From assembly GCA_947254375.1 (NCBI GenBank), contig CAMYCF010000001.1, positions 134,024-198,023 of the forward strand: DNA of 64,000 nucleotides, in the 5' to 3' direction. Positions 8,187 through 18,889 of this stretch are shown in pieces (position 1 is the first letter of the stretch; each line of letters begins with the position of its first letter). Made by a program: the position numbers and the translations under genes. The notes under the pieces were generated by a model that saw only the letters and a program-made list of their open reading frames with translations, was not told the DNA's origin and searched no databases. The DNA comes from an uncultured Mobilibacterium sp. (lineage in GTDB: Bacteria > Bacillota > Clostridia > Peptostreptococcales > Anaerovoracaceae).

Positions 8187-10869
8187 TCACTATCTGCGCT
8201 CTTATATCTTCCTCTTTCTTAAGATCAGCTTTCGCTTTTGCAAGATCCCTTTCTGTCTCCTCGATATCCGCCTTCGTTTTTTTGTATTTTTCGATGGTTT
8301 CATCCGAAGGAAGAGTATCCAGCGCTTTCTGCGCAGCTGCTGCCTCGTTTTTCGCTGTCGTCAATTCTCCGTTTGCGGCGTCAAGATTTGATCTGAGGGA
8401 ATCGAGTTTAGCTTTGGTTTCATCCCTGTCTTTAACAGCTTTGTCATAGTTTTCCTGTGCCGTTTTTTCGGCTTCAGCAGCCGCATCGCAGTCGCTTTGC
8501 GCGCTGTCGAGTGCCGCTTTTGCTTCTTTTACTTCGTTTGAAAAGTCATCGAGTTTTCTGTTCGCTTTGTCGAGCGACTTCTTTGCGGCATTCTTCGATT
8601 CCGTGGCTGCAGCCAGTGCGGATCCTTTTTCCTGTACATCGCTCTTTGCATTTTCAAGAGAAGACGTCGTTTCCGCTATAAGCGCATCTATATCGCCTTT
8701 CGAAGAAATGAAATCCGCCAGAGCCTTATCTGCAACAGCCTGAGATGCTTTTGCCTCCGAAATAGCGCTTTCGGCGCTGTTCTTTTCCGATCCTTTTTCG
8801 GCGATTTTTTTATCCAGCTCCTTGCTCTCAGCTTTTTTATCCTGTAGCTCCTTATACACCGAATTCGACTGCTCACTCAACTTATCGGCGGCAGCCTTAA
8901 GCTCGGCACGCTTCTTTACTACACCATCGCTCGAATATTTCTGAGTAAGAGCCTTTTTACGGGAGAACGCTTCGTTATATACATCGACAGAAGCCGCAGC
9001 ACCGTGATTTTTCATAAAGTCGAGAATGGCTTTTCTCGCCTCATCGATCGGCATGGCTCCCTCTGTTAAGTCAGCGAACCGTTCGCCAGACGTGTGAGGC
9101 ACGTAAAAGTCTCCGGTATAATTCGGGATCGCAACAACGGCGGCCAAATTATGATCTCCTAATATGTTCAGATAATGTCCGACTCTGTGGAATTCAGTTA
9201 CACCCGAATCATACAGTTCTTTTTCTCTGTGGTACCAGCCATCGTTAGGATTATCGTATCCCCAAGATAAGTTTTCGGCATATGTATATGCATTCCCGTA
9301 TTTTCCCGGACCGAAGGAAGGCTCGTAAAATATCTTGTTTTCAAAAGCATAATGCGCTCCGCTGGCTCCTTTTGCGACAGCAGTAGCGATCGCGGTGCCC
9401 ACGATAGCATTGAAATGAGTTTTATAATCGCCGTGTTCAGGCTTATCCTTTGCCAGTATCCTGTTTTGGTCTTCCAAAATATCAAAACCGTCAAATACGG
9501 CATTGAACTTCAGAGCCTTATACATTTGTTCCCTTAATTTTATCTCATCAAGAAATGCTACGGCATCCATAGGCTCAGCTTTATATCCTTTTACCGTCTT
9601 GCCCTTCGCATTTGCATATACCGAATCTACGATTTTATCTATTGAATCGACACTGAACATATCGGCGAAAAAGGCATACATCGATCGATCCAAAGCATCC
9701 CCCGCTTTATATACATCGTCGAACGCCTTTTTGTATTCCGGATCCTGCGTAATGGTGAGTGCTCCGATCTGATCGTACAGGGAGGAGACCTGATTGCGCA
9801 GGTCGTTATACTCCTTCTGAAGCTCCGCTGCTTTGGCTACTGCATCTTTCTTTTGTGCTGTCAGAGAATCGTATTCATTTACGAGTGTATCATAAGCCGC
9901 CTGCTTTTCGGCAACGACAGCTTTGGCATCCGATTCATCTTTCTTCAGCTTGTCAAATTCAGGTTTCTCCTGCTTCAGATCCGAAAGTTTCTTCTCAAGA
10001 TCCGAAACATTTCCGTTCGCCTTATCAAGGGCATCCTGCGCATCTTTTTCCGCCTGAACGGCACTGTTGTATGCGGTCTCTGCTTCAGCGGCCGCTTTCT
10101 GTGCATCGGCATACTCCGAGCTCTCTCCGGTGAGCGAAGCATATTTTTCTTTTGCGGCATTGAGCGCTTCTGATTTCTGTAACGTATTTGCTTTAGCATC
10201 ATTGAGCGCGCTTTCCAAAGGTGCGACCTTTGAGACGGCCTCATTGTATGAAGTCTCTGTCGATTCGATCTCGGAATTCAATGAAGCTACCTTCTTTTCC
10301 GCTTCTTCTTTTTTTACTGCATCATCGAGGTCTTTTTTCGCATTGGCGATCTGCGCTTCAAGTTCGGACAGTTTGTCAAAATCTACGGAAGGATTTTCCT
10401 TTTTGATCTTTTCAAGCTCATCGTTCAGGGTTTTTAGTCTATTCTCGCAGTAGTATACGCCACTCTGCGCCTCCTCGACCCGTCGATTCCACTCTCTGAG
10501 CCCCATTTGAGCCTCACTGCTCTTGAAGTTATATTCATCAAGTGCAGCCTGATATTCTTTTATAAGTCCGTCGATTTTAGCTTTTCTGTCAGCCTCCGCT
10601 TTTTCGGCAGCTGCCGACGCCTCTGCAGACTCGGTCTCGGCAGATGTCTTCGCCGCCTTATCCATTGCAGCCTTTGCAGCCTCAAGCCTCTCGCTTGCTT
10701 TTGCAAACGCCGCAAGGGCCTCCGCCCTGTTCGTCGCGTGGTGATATTCCGGAGCGACGGTGTCCCTTACAGGCTGGGTGTTCGGTTCGTTTTCGTTCGC
10801 GAAGATCTGCATCGCTAAGCCGGTCTGCGCAAAGTTCGTCGAAAAAAGCGTCGACCCGAGCATCGTCAC
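8059..10869 (-). CDS. Surface protein, N-terminal part. Long coiled-coils flank a CAP/SCP (YkwD-like) domain. Reported as 936 aa. The start codon is uncertain: GTG at 10869, ATG at 10863, or a further upstream non-ATG start.
   Basis: Heptad-rich, Ala/Lys/Glu coiled-coil sequence. The central domain carries ...EFHRVGHYLNILGDHNLAAVVAIP..., matching the GHRxNIL motif of the YkwD/CAP family. It ends in a frame that overlaps the next ORF by 128 nt. Confidence 0.7.
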   Translation of the reverse strand: MTMLGSTLFSTNFAQTGLAMQIFANENEPNTQPVRDTVAPEYHHATNRAEALAAFAKASERLEAAKAAMDKAAKTSAETESAEASAAAEKAEADRKAKIDGLIKEYQAALDEYNFKSSEAQMGLREWNRRVEEAQSGVYYCENRLKTLNDELEKIKKENPSVDFDKLSELEAQIANAKKDLDDAVKKEEAEKKVASLNSEIESTETSYNEAVSKVAPLESALNDAKANTLQKSEALNAAKEKYASLTGESSEYADAQKAAAEAETAYNSAVQAEKDAQDALDKANGNVSDLEKKLSDLKQEKPEFDKLKKDESDAKAVVAEKQAAYDTLVNEYDSLTAQKKDAVAKAAELQKEYNDLRNQVSSLYDQIGALTITQDPEYKKAFDDVYKAGDALDRSMYAFFADMFSVDSIDKIVDSVYANAKGKTVKGYKAEPMDAVAFLDEIKLREQMYKALKFNAVFDGFDILEDQNRILAKDKPEHGDYKTHFNAIVGTAIATAVAKGASGAHYAFENKIFYEPSFGPGKYGNAYTYAENLSWGYDNPNDGWYHREKELYDSGVTEFHRVGHYLNILGDHNLAAVVAIPNYTGDFYVPHTSGERFADLTEGAMPIDEARKAILDFMKNHGAAASVDVYNEAFSRKKALTQKYSSDGVVKKRAELKAAADKLSEQSNSVYKELQDKKAESKELDKKIAEKGSEKNSAESAISEAKASQAVADKALADFISSKGDIDALIAETTSSLENAKSDVQEKGSALAAATESKNAAKKSLDKANRKLDDFSNEVKEAKAALDSAQSDCDAAAEAEKTAQENYDKAVKDRDETKAKLDSLRSNLDAANGELTTAKNEAAAAQKALDTLPSDETIEKYKKTKADIEETERDLAKAKADLKKEEDIRAQIVNDYEKANEGIEKTQPLLDAAKGGSRRRPVDIRSPCRHPQALR

Positions 10870-11035
10870 GGCCGCCGCTTTTTTGATAGAAAAGTTCTTA
10901 TTCAGGTTTTTCTCCTTGTTCAGTTACGGTCCTTGATTATGGAACTATAGCTAATGTGATTAAATTGTAACAATCTTTTCGTTTCGTTGCAATCTATTAA
11001 TTTATTTCTTGTTTAATTTTACCGTAAAAGTTCCG

Positions 11036-12109
11036 TTAAATTTTATCGCGCCCCCTTCTCCGGTTCTTTTTTACCTCGATGATAAAATTCACGAAAAGCA
11101 GCGTGATCACCGCCATACCGATGTATCCGTGTATCGGGTACAGGTATTCGACGATCGTCTTGAAGCCCGTGAGGCCCAGGAGCGCCGCCGCTATGGCGCC
11201 GAGTATCAGTATCGCGCCCTTCTTTATATTCTCGTCCGATATGCGCGTGCTGAAACCGTAGTAAGTGCTCGTCGCCGTCGAAAAGATCGCGGCATACAGA
11301 ACTATCGCGAAGATGAAGTTCAGGAATTTCGAGAGACGCATCGAGTAGCCGAGCATCGGAAGGTCGAGGCTGCTCGAGAACGCCATGTCCTTCTGAAGGA
11401 CAGCGATCAGCATGATCGTTATGCCTCCGAGTAAAAGCGTTCCGAAAGCCGCACCGCCGAAAGCGTTTTTGTCGCTTTTTACCGACAGGGCCGTGTCGCC
11501 CGCTATCGAAAGCATCCCGATCGAGTTGTAGCAGACGAAGACCATGGCGGCGAGCTTCCAGTCGCCCGTCATGCTCCCCGGCTTATATCCCGTCACGGCT
11601 CCGCTCTGCCCGATGTGGGAGCAAAGCACGGCCGTCATCGTAACGATATTGATTATAAAAAGCGTAGGCACCAGGTATTTGAACGTCTCCTGCACGCGGT
11701 CGAAATCGCCGAGGACTGTCGCCACCGCAAGGAAAGCGATCGCTACGCCGCCGAACGCCTTGTTTATATGGAACTGATAGTGAAGGAGCGAGCCGCCCGC
11801 CGCGCTCATAGCGATGAGCATCGTGTAATAAAGAATGCCGATGATGATAGACAACGCCTTCTCCGCCTTTTCGTTCTCGAACGGTATCACGATCTTCGCG
11901 ATGTCGGATGTCTTCTTGCTCCTCGCGACATATGTCATCATGAAGCTGACAAATACGAATCCGCATGTGGCTAAAAGAGCGCCGGTGTACGCGTGTTTCC
12001 CGAACACGGCAAAAAACTGCCAGCTCTCTCTGCCTGACGTAAATCCCGCCCCCATTATCACTCCGAGGAACATGTATGAAACACTTAGAAAGCTTTCCCT
12101 TCTCCTCAT
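11036..12109 (-). CDS. YkvI-family polytopic membrane protein, an amino-acid-permease-like putative transporter.
   Basis: 357 aa with multiple TM segments. N-terminal motif GVIMGAGFTSGRE resembles YkvI (GAGFASGQE). RBS AAGGAG. Confidence 0.55.
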   Translation of the reverse strand: MRRRESFLSVSYMFLGVIMGAGFTSGRESWQFFAVFGKHAYTGALLATCGFVFVSFMMTYVARSKKTSDIAKIVIPFENEKAEKALSIIIGILYYTMLIAMSAAGGSLLHYQFHINKAFGGVAIAFLAVATVLGDFDRVQETFKYLVPTLFIINIVTMTAVLCSHIGQSGAVTGYKPGSMTGDWKLAAMVFVCYNSIGMLSIAGDTALSVKSDKNAFGGAAFGTLLLGGITIMLIAVLQKDMAFSSSLDLPMLGYSMRLSKFLNFIFAIVLYAAIFSTATSTYYGFSTRISDENIKKGAILILGAIAAALLGLTGFKTIVEYLYPIHGYIGMAVITLLFVNFIIEVKKNRRRGRDKI

Positions 12110-12142
12110 TTCACGAAACTCCTTCTGATATCTATACGATCT

Positions 12143-12874
12143 CTACACGATCTCTTTTCCTGCTCCCGCCTTCCGGAGCAGTTCTTTCAGATACTCTCCG
12201 TTTCTTTCGAGCTCTTCTATCTTCTTCGTCCTGTCGTTTTTGCACGCCTTCATGTTGCGGATCGACTCGTCGATCGCGTCCAGTTTCCAGCCGATCAGCC
12301 TACTGAGCAGCTTTGGATCGCACGACGACAGCTCCTCGGGATATGTCCACCTGATGTCGCCTTTCGGGTAAGGAAGCGGTCTTTCCGTGTATCCTTCGAT
12401 CGGCGCCGCCGTTATTACCTTCCTGACAAAATCCCCCTCCGAAACGAGCTTCTCCGATGACACATCAAAGCCGTTCACAAAGAGCCAGTACCTGAGCTCG
12501 CCGCTTTTATTCCTCGGCTCCATGATAAATTTCCGGTAAGAGCGTGTCTTATCGATATCGCAGCCCAGTATTTCGATCATGGCGCCGCCGCCGAGACCCG
12601 CGATCACGACCGTATCGACTTCGCCTTTTTCGAGCGTCTCGAGACCGGAACCGACCATGAAATCGCATTTATCGGCGGGGATCCCGCGGATGCGGCAGTT
12701 CTCCATAGCTTTCGAAAGCGAACCTTCGCTTATGTCGCTCATGATGACGAAGTCGGATGTGCCGTCCGATATTATTTTGATAGGCAAATAGCCGTGGTCG
12801 GTCCCGATGTCCGCCACGCGTTCGCCCTTTTTTATTTCATCCGATATCGCGGATATCCTCTCCGTCGCTCTCAC
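12143..12874 (-). CDS. trmK: tRNA (adenine22-N1)-methyltransferase TrmK. GTG start.
   Basis: 243 aa class I SAM methyltransferase with a TrmK-like N-terminus: ADIGTDHGYLPIKII...VIAGLGGG. It sits in the conserved position downstream of sigA (B. subtilis yqfN). Confidence 0.8.
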   Translation of the reverse strand: MRATERISAISDEIKKGERVADIGTDHGYLPIKIISDGTSDFVIMSDISEGSLSKAMENCRIRGIPADKCDFMVGSGLETLEKGEVDTVVIAGLGGGAMIEILGCDIDKTRSYRKFIMEPRNKSGELRYWLFVNGFDVSSEKLVSEGDFVRKVITAAPIEGYTERPLPYPKGDIRWTYPEELSSCDPKLLSRLIGWKLDAIDESIRNMKACKNDRTKKIEELERNGEYLKELLRKAGAGKEIV

Positions 12875-12887
12875 TTTTTACTCCTGT

Positions 12888-12957
12888 CGGCATGCGCCGT
12901 GCGGCTCGATTTTTTACCGAAGGCGGCATGCGCCGCACGACTCGATTTTTACCGAAG
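12888..12957 (-). repeat. Two tandem ~35-nt direct repeats, each with a GCGGC-GCAU-GCCGC hairpin. They abut the trmK RBS.
   Basis: cggcatgcgccgtgcggctcgattttttaccgaag / gcggcatgcgccgcacgactcgatttttaccgaag. On the minus strand each unit reads CTTCGGTAAAAATCGAG..CGGCGCATGCCG. Confidence 0.6.
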
Positions 12958-13034
12958 CCGGCAAAAGCGGATCTAATCTAAAGGGGTGCACCGGCGCCCC
13001 TCACCTCAAACGGTCATACTGCCAAAGCGCTTTT

Positions 13035-14324
13035 TTACTCCCAATAATCCTTAAGCTTGTTGCTCTTGCTCGGCGCTTTGAGTTTTCTGATAGCCTTCGC
13101 CTCGATCTGACGTATCCTCTCTCTTGTGACGTTGAACTGCTTGCCCACTTCCTCGAGAGTCCTCTGCCGTCCGTCTTTAAGGCCGAAGCGCAGTATCAGG
13201 ACTTCTTTTTCTCTGTCTAAAAGCGTGTCGAGTACTTCCATAAGCTGCTCTTTGAGCATCGCCGATGCAGCCGCGTCGACCGGAGCCGGTGCATCTTCGT
13301 CAGGTATAAAATCGCCGAGGTGGCTGTCCTCTTCTTCGCCGATCGGTGTTTCGAGCGATACCGGGTTCTGGGATATCTTCTTGATCTCCCTGACCTTCTC
13401 GACAGATATCCTCATCTCCTCAGCGATCTCCTCGTCGGTCGGCTCTCTGCCGTACTCCTGAAGGAGCTGCCTCGATACTCTGATGAGCTTGTTGATCGTC
13501 TCGACCATGTGGACAGGGATCCTGATCGTCCTCGCCTGGTCGGCTATCGACCTCGTTATCGCCTGCCTTATCCACCAAGTCGCGTATGTGGAAAATTTAT
13601 ATCCCTTCTTGTAGTCGAATTTTTCGACCGCCTTGATAAGACCGAGGTTCCCTTCCTGTATCAGATCGAGGAAGCTGAGGCCGCGGTTCAGATACCTTTT
13701 CGCGATGCTGACGACGAGTCTGAGGTTGCTTTCGCAGAGTATTCGCTTCGCCTCCTCATCGCCTTCTTCCATGCGCTTTGCGATCTCGCGTTCCTCTTCC
13801 GCCGTAAGAAGAGGCACCCTTCCTATCTCCTTCAGATACATCCTTACGGGATCGTCCGTCGGTACGTTCTTCGGAACGAGGATATCGAGTTCGGTGCCGG
13901 TGATCTTTTCGTCCGACACGTCCTCATCCTCCTCGTCGTGCTCCCTTTCCTCATCGCTTTCGTCGTCGTCGTGCAGCGCGATACCCATTTCGGCATCGAC
14001 ATCCACATTTTCGTCTTCGAGATCGTCGTCATCTTCGTTAAGCAGAAGGTCGGAATCTTCGGCATCGACAAAATCGAGGACGGTTATGTCGTTGTCTTCC
14101 AAAAAACCGTAGGCTTCATCGATCTCTTCCTTTGAAAAATCGAGTTCCATAAAAAGGCTTTCGACTTCGGCGTGAGTCACGGTATTGTCATTCCCGTGCG
14201 CTTCTTCCACGAGGTCGCTGAGCCTGTCCAAATGATTCAGAATTCCCGCCGATTCATCGCCGGATATGCTGTTCTCCGGTGCCAATGAGTTTTTATCTTT
14301 TACCTTGTCTTCAGCGTGTCCCAT
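13035..14324 (-). CDS. sigA: RNA polymerase primary sigma factor (sigma-70/SigA).
   Basis: Regions 1.2 to 4 are conserved: [55 protein letters not shown]...; highly acidic region 1.1. Confidence 0.95.
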   Translation of the reverse strand: MGHAEDKVKDKNSLAPENSISGDESAGILNHLDRLSDLVEEAHGNDNTVTHAEVESLFMELDFSKEEIDEAYGFLEDNDITVLDFVDAEDSDLLLNEDDDDLEDENVDVDAEMGIALHDDDESDEEREHDEEDEDVSDEKITGTELDILVPKNVPTDDPVRMYLKEIGRVPLLTAEEEREIAKRMEEGDEEAKRILCESNLRLVVSIAKRYLNRGLSFLDLIQEGNLGLIKAVEKFDYKKGYKFSTYATWWIRQAITRSIADQARTIRIPVHMVETINKLIRVSRQLLQEYGREPTDEEIAEEMRISVEKVREIKKISQNPVSLETPIGEEEDSHLGDFIPDEDAPAPVDAAASAMLKEQLMEVLDTLLDREKEVLILRFGLKDGRQRTLEEVGKQFNVTRERIRQIEAKAIRKLKAPSKSNKLKDYWE

Positions 14325-16113
14325 TCAAATACTCCTTAAGTTCTTCGATTTTCTTTTTACAATGACGGATTTTTTCGGAGAGTTCTTTTATCTTTTCTTC
14401 TTCCCCTTTGCTCTCCGCGATCCTGAGATCGAGGTTGAGCCGCGCCCTCTCAGTCTTGTAAGAGTTGAGATAATACTTTGCGATGCTGTCTTCGTATATC
14501 TTATCGATATCGACATTCATCGGGATAAGGTCGACAAAGCCGGCAGCCGTCTCTCTGAGATCGGTCGGTAACATTTCGATCAGTCGCTCTATCGAAACCT
14601 TCGCTCCTCTTTTTCTCTCATCCTCCAAGAACGACAGCAGGGTCTTTGCGGGCTCGGTCACGAAAGTTATTCCCCTCTCCCTCGCTGCCTCGGCGCACCT
14701 CTCGCTCGCGCAAAAGATCGTCACAAGATGCATTTCTATAAACTGCCTTTCGGAACGGTGGGCGCCGGGATCGTCCTCAGCATCGCTCACCTTTCTTACG
14801 GGTCTCCTCATCTGCGTTTTGTTTTCGCCTTTCTCAACGGCTCCCAGCATGTACTCAGGCGGTATCCCAACTTCGTCCGCGACGGTCTTCGCCCATATCG
14901 CGCCCTCTGTAGGGGCGAGTTTCGCCAAAAGTTCGGAAGCCCTTTTACAATATGTCTCTTTATCTTTTTCCTTCGAAAGGTCAAGATCCTTTTTATACCT
15001 GTCTAAAATGAACCTGTTCGCCGGCACGGCATCGCCCATAAGCTTTTTGAACGCGTCCGCCCCGTACTTGGAGACGTACTCGTCGGGATCCTTCGCGTCT
15101 TTTATCTGAAGGACCGACACAGATGCGCCCGTCGGCCGCAGGACCTCGATCGCCCTCACAGCCGCATTCACGCCCGCTTCGTCCGAATCGTACGAAAGGG
15201 TTATGTTGTCCGTACACCGCTTCGTGATCAGCTCGCCGTGCTCTTTTGTTATCGCCGTCCCGAGCGTCGCCGCGATGTTTTTTATACCGTGCTTATAGAG
15301 CGATACGGCGTCCATGTACCCCTCGACGATCAGTATCGAATCGGCCTTCGTCACATCTCCGCGCGTAAAGTTGAGACCGTAGAGCGTCTCTTTTTTCTTA
15401 AAAATGCCGCTTTCCGATGAGTTCAGATACTTCGGCATCCCGTCGCCGATGATGCGCCCGCCGAATCCGATAAAATTCCCGGACATATCGATTATCGGGA
15501 ACATCAGCCGCTTCCTGAACGTGTCGTAGATCCCGTTCTGCCCCTGTTTTACCAGTCCGAGCTCGAGCATGTCTTTCATCGAAACTCCGATAGACGTCAG
15601 GTGGTCCCTGAGCTCGTGCCCGCCGTCCGGCGCGTAGCCGATCCCGAACTTTCCGATCGTCTTTCTGTCGAGGCCGCGCTTTTCCAGGTAATCGCTCACC
15701 TCGTTATTCCCGGAGGCTATCTTCTCGTCGATCCGGTTAAAATAAAAGAGTCCCGCCGCCTTGTTTATCCCGTAAAATTTCTTCTTTTTGTCGTATGCGC
15801 GCTTCGCAGCCGGGTTTCCCTTCTCTATGGTGATACCGTAATCTTTACAGATCTTGTCACGCGCTTCGATAAAACCGTCCAGCTTGTAGAACAGCTGCGT
15901 GAAGGTAAAAATGTCGCCCTGCGCGCCGCATCCGAAACATTTGAACGTCTGCGTCTTCTCCCATACGTGGAACGACGGCGTCTTCTCGCTGTGGAAGGGG
16001 CAAAGTCCGGAATAGCTCTCGCCGCGCTTCGTCAGCCTGACTTCGCGTGAAATGAGATCGACGATGTCGACCTGACTTTTTATGTAGTCGCTGAAATTGT
16101 CGTATCCCGCCAT
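14311..16113 (-). CDS. dnaG: DNA primase. True start at ATG 16113 (MAGYDNF) with RBS AAGGAGG.
   Basis: CHC2 zinc finger [13 protein letters not shown]...CFGCG. Toprim region and C-terminal helicase-interaction domain are present. Confidence 0.95.
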   Translation of the reverse strand: MAGYDNFSDYIKSQVDIVDLISREVRLTKRGESYSGLCPFHSEKTPSFHVWEKTQTFKCFGCGAQGDIFTFTQLFYKLDGFIEARDKICKDYGITIEKGNPAAKRAYDKKKKFYGINKAAGLFYFNRIDEKIASGNNEVSDYLEKRGLDRKTIGKFGIGYAPDGGHELRDHLTSIGVSMKDMLELGLVKQGQNGIYDTFRKRLMFPIIDMSGNFIGFGGRIIGDGMPKYLNSSESGIFKKKETLYGLNFTRGDVTKADSILIVEGYMDAVSLYKHGIKNIAATLGTAITKEHGELITKRCTDNITLSYDSDEAGVNAAVRAIEVLRPTGASVSVLQIKDAKDPDEYVSKYGADAFKKLMGDAVPANRFILDRYKKDLDLSKEKDKETYCKRASELLAKLAPTEGAIWAKTVADEVGIPPEYMLGAVEKGENKTQMRRPVRKVSDAEDDPGAHRSERQFIEMHLVTIFCASERCAEAARERGITFVTEPAKTLLSFLEDERKRGAKVSIERLIEMLPTDLRETAAGFVDLIPMNVDIDKIYEDSIAKYYLNSYKTERARLNLDLRIAESKGEEEKIKELSEKIRHCKKKIEELKEYLNGTR

Positions 16114-16132
16114 TTTGCCTCCTTTCCGCAAT

Positions 16133-17137
16133 TTACCGCGAATGTCCGAAAAGCTCGTCGTACTTCGAATACGCGTACCTGTCGGTCATCCCGGAAACAT
16201 AGTCTTTTACCGCGACGGCCGTGCCGTCTTCCGCCTCGATGCCCTTGTAAAAATCGGGGATCTCCTCCGGGTGTTCGTTGAAATAATGATAAAGACCTTT
16301 TACTATCTCCTCGACGCCCGTCTCGGCGTCCGCATTTTTGACCTCGCCGTTCAGATACACGTTCTCGAACATGAACCTCCTGAGGCTGTTCAGCGCATCG
16401 TTATAGTCGTCGCTCAGAGCCACCCTGTCCTTCCCCTCGCTGTTCGACGCAAGGTCCGTGATCATGTTGTTGATCCTGACCGAATGCGTTTTACCGAGGA
16501 GATCTATCTCATCGCGCGGGAGGTCCTTCTCCGATAAAATGCCGCTTCTGAGGGCATCGTCGATGTCGTGGTTTATGTAAGCGATCCTGTCGCATATCTT
16601 TACGATCTGTCCCTCCAAGGTGAAAGGCACTCCACTCCCCCTGTGGTTCAGTATCCCGTCCTTCACTTCCGCCGTCAGATTGAGCCCTATCCTTTCGGGC
16701 GTGATCTCTAACTTTTCGACCACCCTCAGGCTCTGCTCGTTATGCTTGAACCCTCCCGGATGCACCGAATCGAGCGCGTACTCTCCGCTGTGCCCGAACG
16801 GCGTGTGGCCGAGATCGTGGCCGAGCGCGATAGCTTCCGTGAGGTCCTCGTTATATCCGAGTATCCTCGCTACCGTCCTCGCCACCTGAGCGACTTCGAT
16901 CGTGTGAGTCAGCCTCGTCCTGTAGTGATCGCCCTCCGGCGAGATGAAGACCTGCGTCTTATGCATAAGGCGCCTGAACGACTTCGAATGGACTATCCTG
17001 TCGCGGTCGCGCTGAAAGTCGGTCCTGAAGGCGCATTGCTCTTCTTCGGTAGCCCTGCCCCTCGACTGCGCCGCCTTCGCCGCCCTTTCGTCCAGCACCT
17101 CAAATTCCAAAAGTTCTATGTCTTCCCTGTATCGCAT
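16133..17137 (-). CDS. dgt: dGTP triphosphohydrolase-like HD-domain protein.
   Basis: HD motif ALGHDLGHTPFGH. 334 aa. Its ATG shares one nucleotide with the dut stop codon (TAATG). Confidence 0.8.
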   Translation of the reverse strand: MRYREDIELLEFEVLDERAAKAAQSRGRATEEEQCAFRTDFQRDRDRIVHSKSFRRLMHKTQVFISPEGDHYRTRLTHTIEVAQVARTVARILGYNEDLTEAIALGHDLGHTPFGHSGEYALDSVHPGGFKHNEQSLRVVEKLEITPERIGLNLTAEVKDGILNHRGSGVPFTLEGQIVKICDRIAYINHDIDDALRSGILSEKDLPRDEIDLLGKTHSVRINNMITDLASNSEGKDRVALSDDYNDALNSLRRFMFENVYLNGEVKNADAETGVEEIVKGLYHYFNEHPEEIPDFYKGIEAEDGTAVAVKDYVSGMTDRYAYSKYDELFGHSR

Positions 17138-17586
17138 TATTTATTTTCTCCGACGCCCGTGTGCCCGAATCCGCCTTCGCCGCGTTCGCTGCCTGCGATC
17201 TCATCGACGATCTCGAATTCCGCCTTCTCGTATTTCGCGATCACGAGCTGCGCTATCCTGTCACCGTCGTTTATGACGAACGGCTCGCTGCCCCAGTTTA
17301 TGAGAGGCACCTTGAGCTCACCCCTGTAATCCGAATCTATCGTGCCGATCCCGTTGACGAGACCGATCCCTTTCTTTATCGCAAGTCCCGAGCGTGCCCT
17401 CGCCTGCGCCTCGTATCCCGGAGGGAGTTCGATAAAATATCCCGTCGGAACGAGAGCTCTCCCCATAGGTTCGATCGTCATAGGCTCATCGAGAAAAGCC
17501 GTCAGGTCCACTCCCGACGCTCCCGGGGTGGCGTAAAAAGGTTTTCTTCCGCTCTTCGATATGATCTTTACTTTTACAACATCCAT
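17137..17586 (-). CDS. dut: dUTP diphosphatase. Start placed at the internal ATG (MDVVKVKI) with RBS GGAG.
   Basis: [17 protein letters not shown] and FGHTG motifs. Confidence 0.85.
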   Translation of the reverse strand: MDVVKVKIISKSGRKPFYATPGASGVDLTAFLDEPMTIEPMGRALVPTGYFIELPPGYEAQARARSGLAIKKGIGLVNGIGTIDSDYRGELKVPLINWGSEPFVINDGDRIAQLVIAKYEKAEFEIVDEIAGSERGEGGFGHTGVGENK

Positions 17587-17629
17587 AAAAATTTTTTCTC
17601 CGTAAAATGTATCTGTCCTGCCGCTTTGT

Positions 17630-18871
17630 CTATCTTGCCGCGGCCGCAGCCTCGTTTGAAGTGACATTAACGACCGCATATCTGTTTTTATCCGAAACGA
17701 TCCCTTTTATTGCCTCCACATCGTCGATCGACACGCGGTCTATCTCGCCGATGAGTTCGTCCTGAGTAACGGCCCGACCGAGCCTGAGAAGCGACTTGCC
17801 GTTCGCTATCATCGTCGCCTGAATGTTCTCGCGGCTGAAGATGAGTGATGACTTGAGCTGCTCTTTTGCCGTCGCGAACTCCTTTTCGCCGATACGCTCG
17901 CGTTCGAGGATTGAAAGCTCCTCGTAGATCCCGTCAAGCGCTTCGTCGAAGCGGTCCTTCGCGATACCGGCGCATATAGCGAAAACTCCCGTGCTCGAAT
18001 AGACGCCCGTCATCGAGCAGACGGAGTACGCAAGTCCCTTCTTCTCGCGAACGTTCTTGAAAAGGCGCGACGACATCGTTCCGCCGAAGAGCATGTTGAG
18101 CACCTGGAGCGGATATTTCCTGTCGTCCGTTATCGGGAAAGTCCTGACGCCCATTGCAAGGTGCGCCTGCTCTATATCTTTACCTATGGTGATCATCTCG
18201 CCTTTCGAATCGGACTCTTTCACTTCGACGCCCTCGCACGTCCCGCGAAGCCCCTTAAAAGCATCGCTGAAGTACCGTCTGACCTCGTCCTCGTCGAACG
18301 ATCCCGCCACCGACACGACGAGCGCGTCCCTCGAGTAGCGGTCGAAATAGTAGTCGCAGACCATGTCGCGCGTAAATGCGCTCACGGTCTCCTTCGAGCC
18401 GATTATCGGGTGCTCCATGTCCGTTCCTCTGTAAAGGACGGACTCCATGTTTTCAAGCGCCACGTCGTCCGGATCGTCGAGATTCATGTTGATCTCCTCG
18501 ATGACGACCGACTTCTCGCGCTCCATTTCATCGCTGTCGAAAAGCGGCTCAGATATCATGTCGACCAAAACGTCGGCGGCTTCCTTAAAATGTTCGTCCA
18601 GGCATTTTACGTAAAAGCAGGTACTCTCTTTCCCCGTAAAAGCGTTCATCTGCCCGCCGATGCCGTCTATGTCCTCCGCGATCTTAAAAGTGTCGCGGTT
18701 TTTAGTGCCCTTGAAGAGCATGTGCTCTATGTAGTGCGATATACCGTATTCCTCTTTTTTCTCGTGGACCGAACCGGTATCGCACCATATCCCGATCGCC
18801 ACGGATCTTACGCTTTCTATTTTCTCGGTCACGAGCCTCACGCCGGAGTCCAAAACCGTAACGTTTATCAT
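17630..18871 (-). CDS. M16-family (pitrilysin/insulinase-like) zinc peptidase.
   Basis: Inverted zinc motif [10 protein letters not shown] (HxxEH). 413 aa. Confidence 0.85.
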   Translation of the reverse strand: MINVTVLDSGVRLVTEKIESVRSVAIGIWCDTGSVHEKKEEYGISHYIEHMLFKGTKNRDTFKIAEDIDGIGGQMNAFTGKESTCFYVKCLDEHFKEAADVLVDMISEPLFDSDEMEREKSVVIEEINMNLDDPDDVALENMESVLYRGTDMEHPIIGSKETVSAFTRDMVCDYYFDRYSRDALVVSVAGSFDEDEVRRYFSDAFKGLRGTCEGVEVKESDSKGEMITIGKDIEQAHLAMGVRTFPITDDRKYPLQVLNMLFGGTMSSRLFKNVREKKGLAYSVCSMTGVYSSTGVFAICAGIAKDRFDEALDGIYEELSILERERIGEKEFATAKEQLKSSLIFSRENIQATMIANGKSLLRLGRAVTQDELIGEIDRVSIDDVEAIKGIVSDKNRYAVVNVTSNEAAAAAR

Positions 18872-18889
18872 AAATATTATCCTCTTTCG

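Noticed and set aside
8688-9772. Small internal ORFs (8688..8876-, 9198..9503-, 9352..9537+, 9503..9772+) inside the coiled-coil surface protein gene.
   Set aside because: They are nested in alternative frames of a long ORF with a coherent domain architecture. They have no RBS and biased low-complexity composition.
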